A stretch of DNA of 64,000 nt from a virus. Taxonomy: Duplodnaviria; Caudoviricetes. Every line of letters starts with the position of its first letter. Position 1 is the first letter of the stretch. Both the position numbers and the translations under genes were made by a program. The notes under the pieces are model-generated. The model worked only from the letters and a program-made list of their open reading frames with translations, did no database searches and was not told the DNA's origin. The stretch is from the IMG/VR virus record IMGVR_UViG_3300037400_002156, positions 1-64,000 of that record. One strand, written 5' to 3'. Positions 29,681-39,049 of this stretch are shown piece after piece.

Positions 29681-30895
29681 TTATACGGCAATTGAATCTG
29701 TATTTGCTGGATCCCAACCGATTAAAAAGCTATTTGTATTATCTAAACATAAAAAGTTTCCATTATCAAATAGCTGCCCAACGCTGTTACCAGCACCACA
29801 TCTAAATAAATCAGTGTCAAGATAACCTTTGAATCCATCTCCAGGAACTACGCCATTTGTTGACAGATCTGATGCCACATAAACAACCATATATGGTAGC
29901 CATCTAGTGTTTAATCCTGTTGTTGAAAAACAGGTACTACTTAATAAATGCACATTTGATGGAGTAATTCTTAAACAACCACCATTATATAAATTTAATG
30001 GAGACCCTAGAGCAGAAAATATCTGCCCAAAAGAATATGCACTGTCGCCAGTTTCATGAGAAAGTATTGTCTTAGAAACATAGTACCTATTAGTGCCGTT
30101 CATATCTGTATATTGAGTAAGCACACTAGTCAATCCTTCGTTATGATCAGCTGCATATATCTCCCTAAAGTTAATTGATCCATATTGAGCAGTGCATAGA
30201 TTATCTGTATCATTAGCAAGAGTACCTAATATTTTACCTGTCGCAAATGTTGGTATGCCAAAAGTACCGGGTGTTCCATTAGTTGATTTTGCAGTTGACA
30301 CTGCAATACAATATTCGTTTGCGAATATTCCCCATGAATAAATATATCCTGATGTTGGATCGTGCGCAAATGATGTATAGTGAGAAGAATCAGCAGAACT
30401 AAATAGACACGTACCAATTGCTCTTGTAGCAGTTGACGGAATAAAGTCAGCTCCAAATGTACTTCCAAATGACTCAGTACTATTGGCTGGTATAATTGAC
30501 ATAATAAGACCAGCCATATATCCATGCGGAGTTGATCCAGCATATGTGCCAACTACATAAGGATAATCTAAATAAAATCTATGCTCATTTGAGTGTCCAT
30601 AATAGCACATAAATAGCTTACATCCGGATATCTCATTTATAAGAAATAAACCAGGCCATGGGCCTGACCACGAACCTGGACCCGGGACGTCTGCAAAATC
30701 TGATGTACTCTGCGAATCGCTAGATCTTCCATCACTATCTAATTTCCAGCCAATATTCATAGAAATTAGAGCCTCTGCTACTAATCGTACTATACTATTG
30801 CATCTGTTTCGAGTGTTGTTTAATGGAAAATCAGTGGATCCGGCAGTTAAATCTATTCTCTTAAATTTAAAACCTGACATACTATATGACCTCAT
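29681..30895 (-). CDS. Hypothetical Gly/Ser/Thr-rich protein, probably virion-associated
   Basis: 404 aa, composition like beta-rich structural proteins; start may be MSGF at 30880. Confidence 0.6.
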   Translation of the reverse strand: MRSYSMSGFKFKRIDLTAGSTDFPLNNTRNRCNSIVRLVAEALISMNIGWKLDSDGRSSDSQSTSDFADVPGPGSWSGPWPGLFLINEISGCKLFMCYYGHSNEHRFYLDYPYVVGTYAGSTPHGYMAGLIMSIIPANSTESFGSTFGADFIPSTATRAIGTCLFSSADSSHYTSFAHDPTSGYIYSWGIFANEYCIAVSTAKSTNGTPGTFGIPTFATGKILGTLANDTDNLCTAQYGSINFREIYAADHNEGLTSVLTQYTDMNGTNRYYVSKTILSHETGDSAYSFGQIFSALGSPLNLYNGGCLRITPSNVHLLSSTCFSTTGLNTRWLPYMVVYVASDLSTNGVVPGDGFKGYLDTDLFRCGAGNSVGQLFDNGNFLCLDNTNSFLIGWDPANTDSIAV

Positions 30896-30978
30896 ATAAA
30901 TAGATGAATTAAAATTTTAAATCACACTATATAATGAGTTTGATATTCACTTATAGTGGCAATTACTGTTTATCTCAT

Positions 30979-33258
30979 CTATTGTAAATAATCGTAATCA
31001 TCTTCTTCAATTTCAGGAATGTAGTTATCAATAGCAGAATCACTTGGATGAAGATCTTTTTCTTTGGTTGATTCCATCTGTGGAACTAGTTCTTTTAAAG
31101 AACCGTCTTCATTATATACAAGATCAAATGGAATTAACTCACCAAAAGACTTTCCGCATGAAAAGTCAGGCTCAAGTGTAACAGGCCAGTCTGGAAGTTT
31201 AATTGTTTGACATCTCATAATAATAGGAGCTACTTCATAAAGTAGATTCCTCGGAATCAAGTAATTGATCTCATCGTGAATCGTCCCAATCCAACGCACT
31301 CCCTTATCATAATATGGAATAAACAATTCTTTCCAAAGACGGATAAGCATTAACTTTAACGCATCACCTGCACATCCCTGTACAACCGTATTTGCTACTG
31401 TACGTTTTGCAAATCCCTGTAATGATCTATTTGGACTATTTATGTAATATTTCACTCTACGAGGTCTACCGAAATATGTTTTAACGTAACCATTCTTTTT
31501 TGCAAATCGTACTGCATTTCTCTGTGCTGCTTCAATAGAAGGAAGCGATGCTTTAAACTTATCTACAAAGTCTTCACATTCTTCAAGTGTCATATCTGGA
31601 AACTGATTATGAAATCCCCATGCTGATGATCCATATAGAATTCCAAAGTTTGCAGTCTTTGCCTTTTTACGAGCTTCCTTACAATAATTCTCTTCACCAA
31701 ATATCTTTATTGCAGTTGCTTTATGCACATCTTGTCCTGTGTTAAATGCATTTATCCATGTTGGCTCATTAAACACATTTGCAGCAAGACGAAGTTCTTC
31801 AGCTTTCATATCGACTGAAACTATTACAGCATCATTAGTAGGAGGTCTAATTGCTTTACGAACATTAAGATGTGGATCCTGACCCTCTGTTAAACCAAGA
31901 CTACCTTCAGGGTTATCATCAAAAATATAACCACAAAGATCTTCGTTATTGGCTATTTGTTCAGGCGTTGCTCTATGAACATGATAATTATGTGAATGTG
32001 GCTTCGGGAGTGACTGAAAGTTCACAGGACTGAAAAAAGTGTTCTTACCATCTGTTCCACAAGCAAGGCGCCCTGTAGGAACACGACACGTAAAGTAGCT
32101 GAACCTAATTGGATGCTTTTTCATCTCATCAGGTGATGATATATTTAAAAGTGTTTCAAGATATGAGTTATCAAACTTAAACAGTTTCTTATACTCTACT
32201 AACTTCTTAAGATATTCATTATCACCATGTGTAACAAGATAGTTGCCAATAGTTTTAATATCTGTCTTCATTTGACCAGTTGCTGTTCTTGCACCAGTAT
32301 CAATTCCCATTTGCTGGAATATTCCTACTAACTCACGACCTGAGTTAATGTTATATTCCATTCCAGCATTTTGATACAAATACTGTTTTAAATCAGCAAG
32401 ATGTTTTGCAACATCTCCTTTCATTGACTGAAGATAATTATGATCAATATATACTGGTGTATTTTCAAGTCGCATCAAAGGATATAAAACTTCGTTGTCT
32501 AACTTACCTGCTGCACCAGATTCAGCATAGTATTTTTCTGTTTTAAAGAATAGGTGATATGTGCCGAGAGCATCAATACAGGCATATCTATATCCCTGTT
32601 CTGCTGGAATATAACCAAAATTTGTTTCATCTCCCATTGTGTCTGCAAATGTTGGAGGATTCCATCCAAGAAAGTGCTTTTCTGACTTTTTCAATGATGG
32701 CATCGGTACATTGGTATCAGCCAACCAAACTGAACATTGAACATCGAAGTATTTAGTCTTTGATAGATCGAATCTGTAAATCTTTTCATCTGACTCCGGA
32801 GTATAATCATACTTCTCTGGAGTCATTGCTTCAAGGAACCGCATATCGAATCTTGCATTGTATAGCATGTGCAATCTTGATTTACATAGCATGGCATAAA
32901 GAACTTTTAATCCTTTATAACCAATATGAAAATCAGGGTGCGTAAGCGGAACATAGTAGCCATTATGACCATCTTGCGTAAATGAATACCCTACTATTCT
33001 ACCTTCAGTGAGATCACCTGTTCTCTTTCCCTTCTCAGGAGAAAGATCGCTGGTTTCAGTGTCCCATGCAAAGAATGAATCTGTCTTAAATTCATTATCA
33101 TAAAAATTCTTTAACTCTTCATATGAATGAATCAGATGATAGTTTAATTTATATACTTCCTCAAAATTTTCGAGGACAGGGACAGCTGGAACAAAATGTT
33201 CGTATGATCCCTTTTTATTTTTATCTTCAGACTCATCTTTATTTTTTCTCGGTGCCAT
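30979..33258 (-). CDS. polA: Family A DNA polymerase (3'-5' exonuclease + polymerase, no 5'-3' exonuclease)
   Basis: ExoI WDTET, ExoII YNARFD, ExoIII YACIDA, TGRL, motif A DMKAEELR, motif B RKKAKTANFGILYG, motif C IHDE; likely start MAPRK 33258 (track start 33336). Confidence 0.93.
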   Translation of the reverse strand: MAPRKNKDESEDKNKKGSYEHFVPAVPVLENFEEVYKLNYHLIHSYEELKNFYDNEFKTDSFFAWDTETSDLSPEKGKRTGDLTEGRIVGYSFTQDGHNGYYVPLTHPDFHIGYKGLKVLYAMLCKSRLHMLYNARFDMRFLEAMTPEKYDYTPESDEKIYRFDLSKTKYFDVQCSVWLADTNVPMPSLKKSEKHFLGWNPPTFADTMGDETNFGYIPAEQGYRYACIDALGTYHLFFKTEKYYAESGAAGKLDNEVLYPLMRLENTPVYIDHNYLQSMKGDVAKHLADLKQYLYQNAGMEYNINSGRELVGIFQQMGIDTGARTATGQMKTDIKTIGNYLVTHGDNEYLKKLVEYKKLFKFDNSYLETLLNISSPDEMKKHPIRFSYFTCRVPTGRLACGTDGKNTFFSPVNFQSLPKPHSHNYHVHRATPEQIANNEDLCGYIFDDNPEGSLGLTEGQDPHLNVRKAIRPPTNDAVIVSVDMKAEELRLAANVFNEPTWINAFNTGQDVHKATAIKIFGEENYCKEARKKAKTANFGILYGSSAWGFHNQFPDMTLEECEDFVDKFKASLPSIEAAQRNAVRFAKKNGYVKTYFGRPRRVKYYINSPNRSLQGFAKRTVANTVVQGCAGDALKLMLIRLWKELFIPYYDKGVRWIGTIHDEINYLIPRNLLYEVAPIIMRCQTIKLPDWPVTLEPDFSCGKSFGELIPFDLVYNEDGSLKELVPQMESTKEKDLHPSDSAIDNYIPEIEEDDYDYLQ

Positions 33259-33337
33259 ATTTCTTATAACTCCTAATTGGCTAAAAGACGTAATTGCAGT
33301 AACTTTATCTTCAGCATTACAGTATAATATATACAAT

Positions 33338-33368
33338 AAAACCCTGATAGAATTAACTATCAGGGTTT
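33338..33368 (-). terminator. Terminator hairpin
   Basis: aaaccctgatag-N6-ctatcagggttt. Confidence 0.7.
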
Positions 33369-33399
33369 AACAATTCAATCAATCAGTCAATTTTACTGT

Positions 33400-34065
33400 T
33401 TAAAACATATCTGAATCATTTATCATTGATGATAAATTACATTTCTTTTTATTAGGTATTTTCTTAGTAGTACTAATAACAGATGTCTTACTATAATTAA
33501 AGAATGTAATCTGATCTGGTGATATACATAGTGGAGTACTTTCAACTGTATAAGGCTTACCTGATGAAGTTTCAATAAAAGTTGAATTTGATTTTCTTAT
33601 GTATATATTATCTTTATAGAATTTCTTTGTACAATCTGCTATCACAAATATAAGCTTACAATCATCTGATGATATACACATATTTATAAATGAATTAATG
33701 TAATCATTAATATTTGGAGAATTGTCATAACCAAGAAGTTTAATTACTACAACCTGGCTAATTAGTGCCTGAGGGTGCACTATTGACTTTGTATTACATC
33801 TCATTGCATGCCATGATTGATATATCTTTGAATCGTCTAGTACAGTTGGAGCAACTAATTTCTTTGATAGCATATATGTTAATGGGTATGCACACCAGTT
33901 AGACGCATCAATGTCACCAATTGCTACAATCTTGTTGCTAGGCTCTAGACTCAGAAGTAAATCTTTATCTTCATCAGATAATCTACGAATATTACTCGTA
34001 AGCAGATCTCTATATAAAATTGCAATTCTATTTATATTAAATGACTTATTATTTTCTATAGTCAT
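33400..34065 (-). CDS. Hypothetical protein (possibly replication accessory)
   Basis: 221 aa, GGAG RBS, directly upstream of polA. Confidence 0.7.
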   Translation of the reverse strand: MTIENNKSFNINRIAILYRDLLTSNIRRLSDEDKDLLLSLEPSNKIVAIGDIDASNWCAYPLTYMLSKKLVAPTVLDDSKIYQSWHAMRCNTKSIVHPQALISQVVVIKLLGYDNSPNINDYINSFINMCISSDDCKLIFVIADCTKKFYKDNIYIRKSNSTFIETSSGKPYTVESTPLCISPDQITFFNYSKTSVISTTKKIPNKKKCNLSSMINDSDMF

Positions 34066-34111
34066 CTTTCTAACTCCAATGATGTCGTAATTATTATATT
34101 ATATAATTACA

Positions 34112-34240
34112 TCATTGATTTATTACATTTAACTTTATCTTTGAATATCCGCACGTAAAAGTAGTATAATCATGAGATGTGTATGAATGTTCTAAAACAT
34201 CACTATAGTCTAAAGAGTGCATATAGTTGTAATTTACATA
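34112..34240 (-). pseudogene. C-terminal remnant of an interrupted homing endonuclease gene
   Basis: Frame YVNYNYMHSLDYSDVLEHSYTSHDYTTFTCGYSKIKLNVINQ* aligns with C-terminus of 53864..54946 (AINLNYPP...EKAFY...VYTCGYA). Confidence 0.6.
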
Positions 34241-35814
34241 GAAATATATTCTAAATAAATTACTTCGTAAATAAATTTACTGGCGTACTACACACCTCTA
34301 TCCCATATTCTATAAAGACGTTTGGGATTTCTTTTCTAAGAATATTTAGCGCACCATTTAGATCAGCATTTATTAATCTGCCATCGTAAGATCTAAATAG
34401 TCCTCGTTTAATTCGTTTTCCTTTATATGTTTCATGTTTGCGAATTTCTTCATCGTCTAAAAATGAGCATTTACTAGTGTATGATTCTTCACGAACTACA
34501 ACTTCAATGCCTTCAAGTTTAGATTTATAAGTAACCATGTGAATAAACATATTGAAAGGAATTTGAACAAATTTCTGATTGTTTGATTTACCTAAATCAA
34601 TGTCTTGTTTCCAATTCTTATTGTGTCCTATTACGATTTTAGACACGTCATTAGAAACTAAATGATTCACCAATTTTCGGCTTGCTTTGTGGATGTAGTC
34701 TTTTACTTTGTTATTTCTTTTCTGCGTTAGCTTTCTAATTTTGTCAGCATTTACATTTCTGTTCTTGCAAAGACCCTGCTTTGATTTTAGATTAGCTAAT
34801 TCTTTATTATAGAATTGGTTGATTGACTTCAAAGGCCTGCCACTTACTAATATCGGAGCAATTTTATTTCCTCCGACTGCTGCCAAGTTATTAAGACCAA
34901 TGTCGATTCCTACATAATTACCGTTGTCATAATGCTGCTTCTCATCAACGTTATATATAACTTCAATAATAAATAATGCGTTCTTAGGTATGACTCTTAT
35001 CTGTCTAACATCTGTATGAATCAACTTTATTCTGCTACTACAACCACTAAGTTTCAGATAGCCAAGTTTCAATTCTTTTCCTGATATAGCCTGATTTGTA
35101 AACGTTAGCATATATCTCGAATTCTTTTCTAGGTATCTAGGTATTGAAACTTTGTGATTTACTTTCTTTGACTTTAAAGAAGCAAAGAATGATCTGAAAT
35201 TCTGGTCTACCTGTTTAACAACCCACTGCGCAACTTTTGCTGGTAAAGAAGTATAGTCGATTTGTTTTTCTTTTGTGAGTTGACCGACATTAGCGTAATA
35301 ATTCAGATATTCTTTTGTATTGAAGTAATGCTGTCGTATTCTATAAAGTGCTTGATTATACAGATTCTTAGACAGAAAGCACATCTGATCTAATTCGCTA
35401 TATAGCGAATTAGACTTCTTTATGATATGTCTCTCTGTTAATAACATGTTAAGATTCCTTTTCGATATCTTTAATAGCCTATTTTACTTTTAACTTTAAT
35501 CTCTTACTTTTACGAAGACCGTAAATTCTTGCAGAGAAGCAATGTATTATTAAGATTAAGTCCTGTGTAATGTCTTCATCTTCTTCTTTAGCCTCGTTAA
35601 TTACTTCGATTCTATTACCTGTTAATAATTGAATGTAATTAAAGCCAAAACGTGTTAGACGATCTTTGTGTTCTACTATGATTTTATCGTACTTGTCATC
35701 TTTTAGAATTTTTGAAAGTTGTTTACGATTGTCATTTAAACCAGAACCAAATTCTTTCACAACTTGTTTTATCTTGTACCCTTTAGCGATGGCATATGCC
35801 TCTAATCGCTTTGC
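34223..35814 (-). mobile_element. 5'-truncated IS607-family element (tnpA remnant + tnpB)
   Basis: IS607 TnpA C-terminal half followed by tnpB; left end replaced by HEG sequence; right boundary approximate. Confidence 0.75.
34260..35447 (-). CDS. tnpB: TnpB RNA-guided endonuclease (rearranged RuvC-II clade)
   Basis: SKNLYN, RuvC-I GIDIGLNN, VIGHNKNW at the canonical Glu position with displaced EESYTSKC, RuvC-III NADLNGALNI. Confidence 0.93.
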   Translation of the reverse strand: MLLTERHIIKKSNSLYSELDQMCFLSKNLYNQALYRIRQHYFNTKEYLNYYANVGQLTKEKQIDYTSLPAKVAQWVVKQVDQNFRSFFASLKSKKVNHKVSIPRYLEKNSRYMLTFTNQAISGKELKLGYLKLSGCSSRIKLIHTDVRQIRVIPKNALFIIEVIYNVDEKQHYDNGNYVGIDIGLNNLAAVGGNKIAPILVSGRPLKSINQFYNKELANLKSKQGLCKNRNVNADKIRKLTQKRNNKVKDYIHKASRKLVNHLVSNDVSKIVIGHNKNWKQDIDLGKSNNQKFVQIPFNMFIHMVTYKSKLEGIEVVVREESYTSKCSFLDDEEIRKHETYKGKRIKRGLFRSYDGRLINADLNGALNILRKEIPNVFIEYGIEVCSTPVNLFTK

Positions 35815-36015
35815 AGTAGATGATCGGCAACCACATGATTTTGTGTGACCACGAATAACACGTTTGTATGGAATATCTTTTACATTACCACATGTACACT
35901 TACATCTGAATACAACAAAATTATTATCGTCTCTAAGTACATCTAGCACTTCTAACGAATCGAATATTTTGCCAATGTATTCACTTTTAAGAATGTCTAT
36001 ATTAATTCTGTTCAT
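35479..36015 (-). CDS. Chimeric ORF: HEG zinc-binding N-terminus fused to IS607 TnpA serine-recombinase C-terminal half (no catalytic Ser motif)
   Basis: aa 1-66 YIGKIF..L.V...CKCTCG...GHTKSCGC, then AKRLEAYA...EFGSGLN...VEHKDRLTRFGF...FSARIYG; YARVS and HTH absent. Confidence 0.8.
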   Translation of the reverse strand: MNRINIDILKSEYIGKIFDSLEVLDVLRDDNNFVVFRCKCTCGNVKDIPYKRVIRGHTKSCGCRSSTAKRLEAYAIAKGYKIKQVVKEFGSGLNDNRKQLSKILKDDKYDKIIVEHKDRLTRFGFNYIQLLTGNRIEVINEAKEEDEDITQDLILIIHCFSARIYGLRKSKRLKLKVK

Positions 36016-36042
36016 GATTATTAAGTAATAAGTGGGTAAATA

Positions 36043-36082
36043 AAATCCCTATTGCATATATAAATATACACAATAGGGATTT
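36043..36082 (-). terminator. Terminator hairpin after sheath gene
   Basis: aaatccctattg-N16-caatagggattt. Confidence 0.6.
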
Positions 36083-36103
36083 AAAATTTAATTGATGATA
36101 TTA

Positions 36104-38518
36104 TTAGGTGTTAGCCATAGCCTCTTCAATAGTAGTTGAAGATGAGTAAATTACGTAAGATAAATCAAATATTTCCGCCGACTGGTAGAAAATCACACGA
36201 ATAATTCCATTTATCTTGCGGTTCGCAATCTCCTCACGTGATGTTGTATCTTCACCCATTTGAACCATATACTCGCTAAGAGCATTTGACGAAACTAATG
36301 GATCAAGAATATACTGAGAAACATATGTCTTCCACTTATCCCATAGAACAAGACTATTAATAGAGAACTTAAGTGTCTCTGTGTATTCATCAATTTCGCT
36401 ACGAATCCAAACAAGCAAGCGAGCAATATGAGCTGCATTAAGATCTGTATATCCAGCGTTTAGAGTTTCATTTCCGAAAATCTGAACACCTCTTGTGCCA
36501 GTGTCCCAAATAGGATTAATTCTATACTGTACTAACTGATCTCTTTCAAGCTTTGTTTTTGGATTCTGTAAAACTTCTACTGTATCTGGAAGCACGCCAC
36601 CTTGATCTCCAGCTACTGGGAACTGAACGCCTCGATTTCGCCATGAAGTTAGAATATTATTCATTACAAGATTTGTAGGAGCGACTTTAACTTTTACATT
36701 ACGCGCTGAGCCATTTACAATCTTTGTGCATGTCATCTCTAACCATGACCAGTACATCTCTAAATAGAAACTCTGTGTTGCGTAATCTTCAGTATCTGTT
36801 TGACCATATTCCCAAAGATCTACAAAGTCACCTTGTGAAGCAACCCAATTACATGCATCTGTCATCTCCATTGGAGTTAAATCGCCATATTCTTTATAGT
36901 ATGGAGTTGAAAGAATCACCGTAGTGTCTTTGCGCTCACTCGCTATTTCTTTCATATAATAATGAAGTGTACGACGATCTTCGTAGTTTAAAGCATATAA
37001 ACCTGTAAGAGGATCGCTACTATTAGAACGTGTATTTACTGGACAAACAAGATCTGCCATTAAACGGCCATTATATTTCTTGTCTTTGTACTGGTTTAAT
37101 GCATTCACGTAATTAGTAACATTAACTACAAATGAAGGATTGCTTATAGTAACAGGACCGATAACTGGGAATGGGCTTGGTGATAATCCACCATCAGCAA
37201 CTGAATAATCATGTAAAATTTTAACTGCTAATGAATTTAAACCATCTTCTTTTACTGCACATGCATTTGCTGTAGAAGGATCCATTAGTTCAAATCTAAT
37301 TACTGTACCTAGAGCAGAGTTTAAATTATTTACAATTGACTGATTTGTTACTGTAGGATCACTAATCTTAATTCTTGAAGAGGCAAGAACACTATTGTTA
37401 ACATCTTTAACCGTTACATTAAGATAATATACATTTAATGAGTATGGCTTTGTTTTAGTTAGTTCACAATTAAATTGTAAGTCTTCAGCCATTGAAGAGT
37501 ATGCTACCATACAATGCTCAGCACGAGCTGCCGATTTAACTACTAAGATGTGACCACTAGTGAGAGCATCACGTAAAGTAACGGTAACAGACCAAGTACC
37601 GTCTAAATCCTGAGACCACACTACGTTTTCTGGCTCAACTGGTGTTTCTACTGTTGGGCTATCTGAATCATTTACATCTGCAAATGATGTAATTACATAA
37701 CGAGATGAAAGTTTTGTAGCGGTATATTTCTTTGTATCTGTAGAATCTACAGCAAGAGGAATATTCTCTACACCCCATGACTCATCGATAGCGCCTTCAA
37801 CTGAAATATTAGTAGGTTCTGGAATTACACCACTGTCAGGTAAATTTAGTGTAATAACTAAGTCAAATGTACTAATACCATTTACGAAGTGTTCTTCGCA
37901 CTTATATGTAAAATAGTCTGTGTAATCAATATTGCCTACATACGCCGCTGGCATATCCGCTGAGTTAGTTATTACATCGTCTGGCTCACCTTCAACTTCA
38001 CTTTTAACTGTAAATGGTAAAGTATAGAATGAGCTAGCTTCTAAGTCTGGTGTTAAAGAGTCTGTATTAGTAGATCCTGTAACTCGCTTAATGACATATT
38101 TATTACGTAAACCAGTAATTTTCCACTCGCCACTCTCTGGTACTGGATGATGATCACTCAGGTCTTCTTCTGTATCTCTAAGCTGATCATTTACAAATGG
38201 AAATTCATATACACCTGCATCACCTGAATCAACTTTTGCAACCCAACAAGTTCCACCATTTGCAACTAACTGCATAATACTATAAAGATCAACATATTTC
38301 TCAGGGTCAATACGAGGATCACCAAAGTTAGCAATTAGAGTATCAACATCACGAACTAAAATTGGATCATATTGATTTGTTACTGAGTTTTTCTGCACTC
38401 TTGAAATCGGAGTAATGCATGCAAATAAGCCATTAAATGAGGCTATATTTGGCACTACTGATTCGTCTTTTACACGTGATTTTACATGCGCACTCTCACG
38501 ACTATCTATTTTTATCAT
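36104..38518 (-). CDS. Tail sheath protein (major)
   Basis: L..FGDP N-terminus; ERDQLVQYRINPI...GVQIFGNETL...ARLL C-terminal sheath domain; large beta insertions. Confidence 0.9.
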   Translation of the reverse strand: MIKIDSRESAHVKSRVKDESVVPNIASFNGLFACITPISRVQKNSVTNQYDPILVRDVDTLIANFGDPRIDPEKYVDLYSIMQLVANGGTCWVAKVDSGDAGVYEFPFVNDQLRDTEEDLSDHHPVPESGEWKITGLRNKYVIKRVTGSTNTDSLTPDLEASSFYTLPFTVKSEVEGEPDDVITNSADMPAAYVGNIDYTDYFTYKCEEHFVNGISTFDLVITLNLPDSGVIPEPTNISVEGAIDESWGVENIPLAVDSTDTKKYTATKLSSRYVITSFADVNDSDSPTVETPVEPENVVWSQDLDGTWSVTVTLRDALTSGHILVVKSAARAEHCMVAYSSMAEDLQFNCELTKTKPYSLNVYYLNVTVKDVNNSVLASSRIKISDPTVTNQSIVNNLNSALGTVIRFELMDPSTANACAVKEDGLNSLAVKILHDYSVADGGLSPSPFPVIGPVTISNPSFVVNVTNYVNALNQYKDKKYNGRLMADLVCPVNTRSNSSDPLTGLYALNYEDRRTLHYYMKEIASERKDTTVILSTPYYKEYGDLTPMEMTDACNWVASQGDFVDLWEYGQTDTEDYATQSFYLEMYWSWLEMTCTKIVNGSARNVKVKVAPTNLVMNNILTSWRNRGVQFPVAGDQGGVLPDTVEVLQNPKTKLERDQLVQYRINPIWDTGTRGVQIFGNETLNAGYTDLNAAHIARLLVWIRSEIDEYTETLKFSINSLVLWDKWKTYVSQYILDPLVSSNALSEYMVQMGEDTTSREEIANRKINGIIRVIFYQSAEIFDLSYVIYSSSTTIEEAMANT

Positions 38519-38543
38519 ATGCTTTACTCCTTAAATGTAAAGT

Positions 38544-38999
38544 CTAAGAATTCTTAAGAATTGTTAATAGATCAAAATATTTAAGTTTACATTTTTTATA
38601 ATCATTATAATATTGACTAAAATCAACACCTATCTCATGTGTTCTAAGATCTTCTGAAAAAATATTCTTTTCTTCATTTGAAAGATTTTGCCATATAGCA
38701 GAAAACACGTGAGATACTGTAAATGGAACTATGCCTAATGTGAGCAAATGATGTGGTTTATATAGTTTATTTTCAGCAAAACAAAATATATGCTCATTAT
38801 GCTCTTCTTTATAGAACTTTGCGGCTGGAGAGTTTGTATTATCATGAAATGGGCAATAACATGGATGAGTTATCATTGGCCAACTAGTTCCAATATATGA
38901 CAATAAGTATTCAAATGTGCAAAAATAATCTATGACATTTAGCTCTAACTTTGTATTACTAAGTAACTCATTTGACATGTCCATATTACTACTCTTCAC
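38544..38999 (-). CDS. Stand-alone CHC2-type primase zinc-binding domain protein
   Basis: CPFHDNTNSPA...IFCFAE; adjacent to helicase; no TOPRIM motifs. Confidence 0.7.
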   Translation of the reverse strand: MKSSNMDMSNELLSNTKLELNVIDYFCTFEYLLSYIGTSWPMITHPCYCPFHDNTNSPAAKFYKEEHNEHIFCFAENKLYKPHHLLTLGIVPFTVSHVFSAIWQNLSNEEKNIFSEDLRTHEIGVDFSQYYNDYKKCKLKYFDLLTILKNS

Positions 39000-39016
39000 T
39001 ATAAATAGATATAAAT

Positions 39017-39043
39017 AAAACGTCTAACTTTATTAGACGTTTT
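39017..39043 (-). terminator. Terminator hairpin
   Basis: aaaacgtctaa-N5-ttagacgtttt. Confidence 0.65.
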
Positions 39044-39049
39044 TAATTG

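Noticed and set aside
30979-33258. DpoZ / Z-genome system
   Set aside because: No purZ, datZ or mazZ-like gene recognised in the window
34203-34222. Self-target of the putative TnpB guide elsewhere in the window
   Set aside because: Only ~9-nt matches noticed by eye (near 26581 and 40668), as expected by chance
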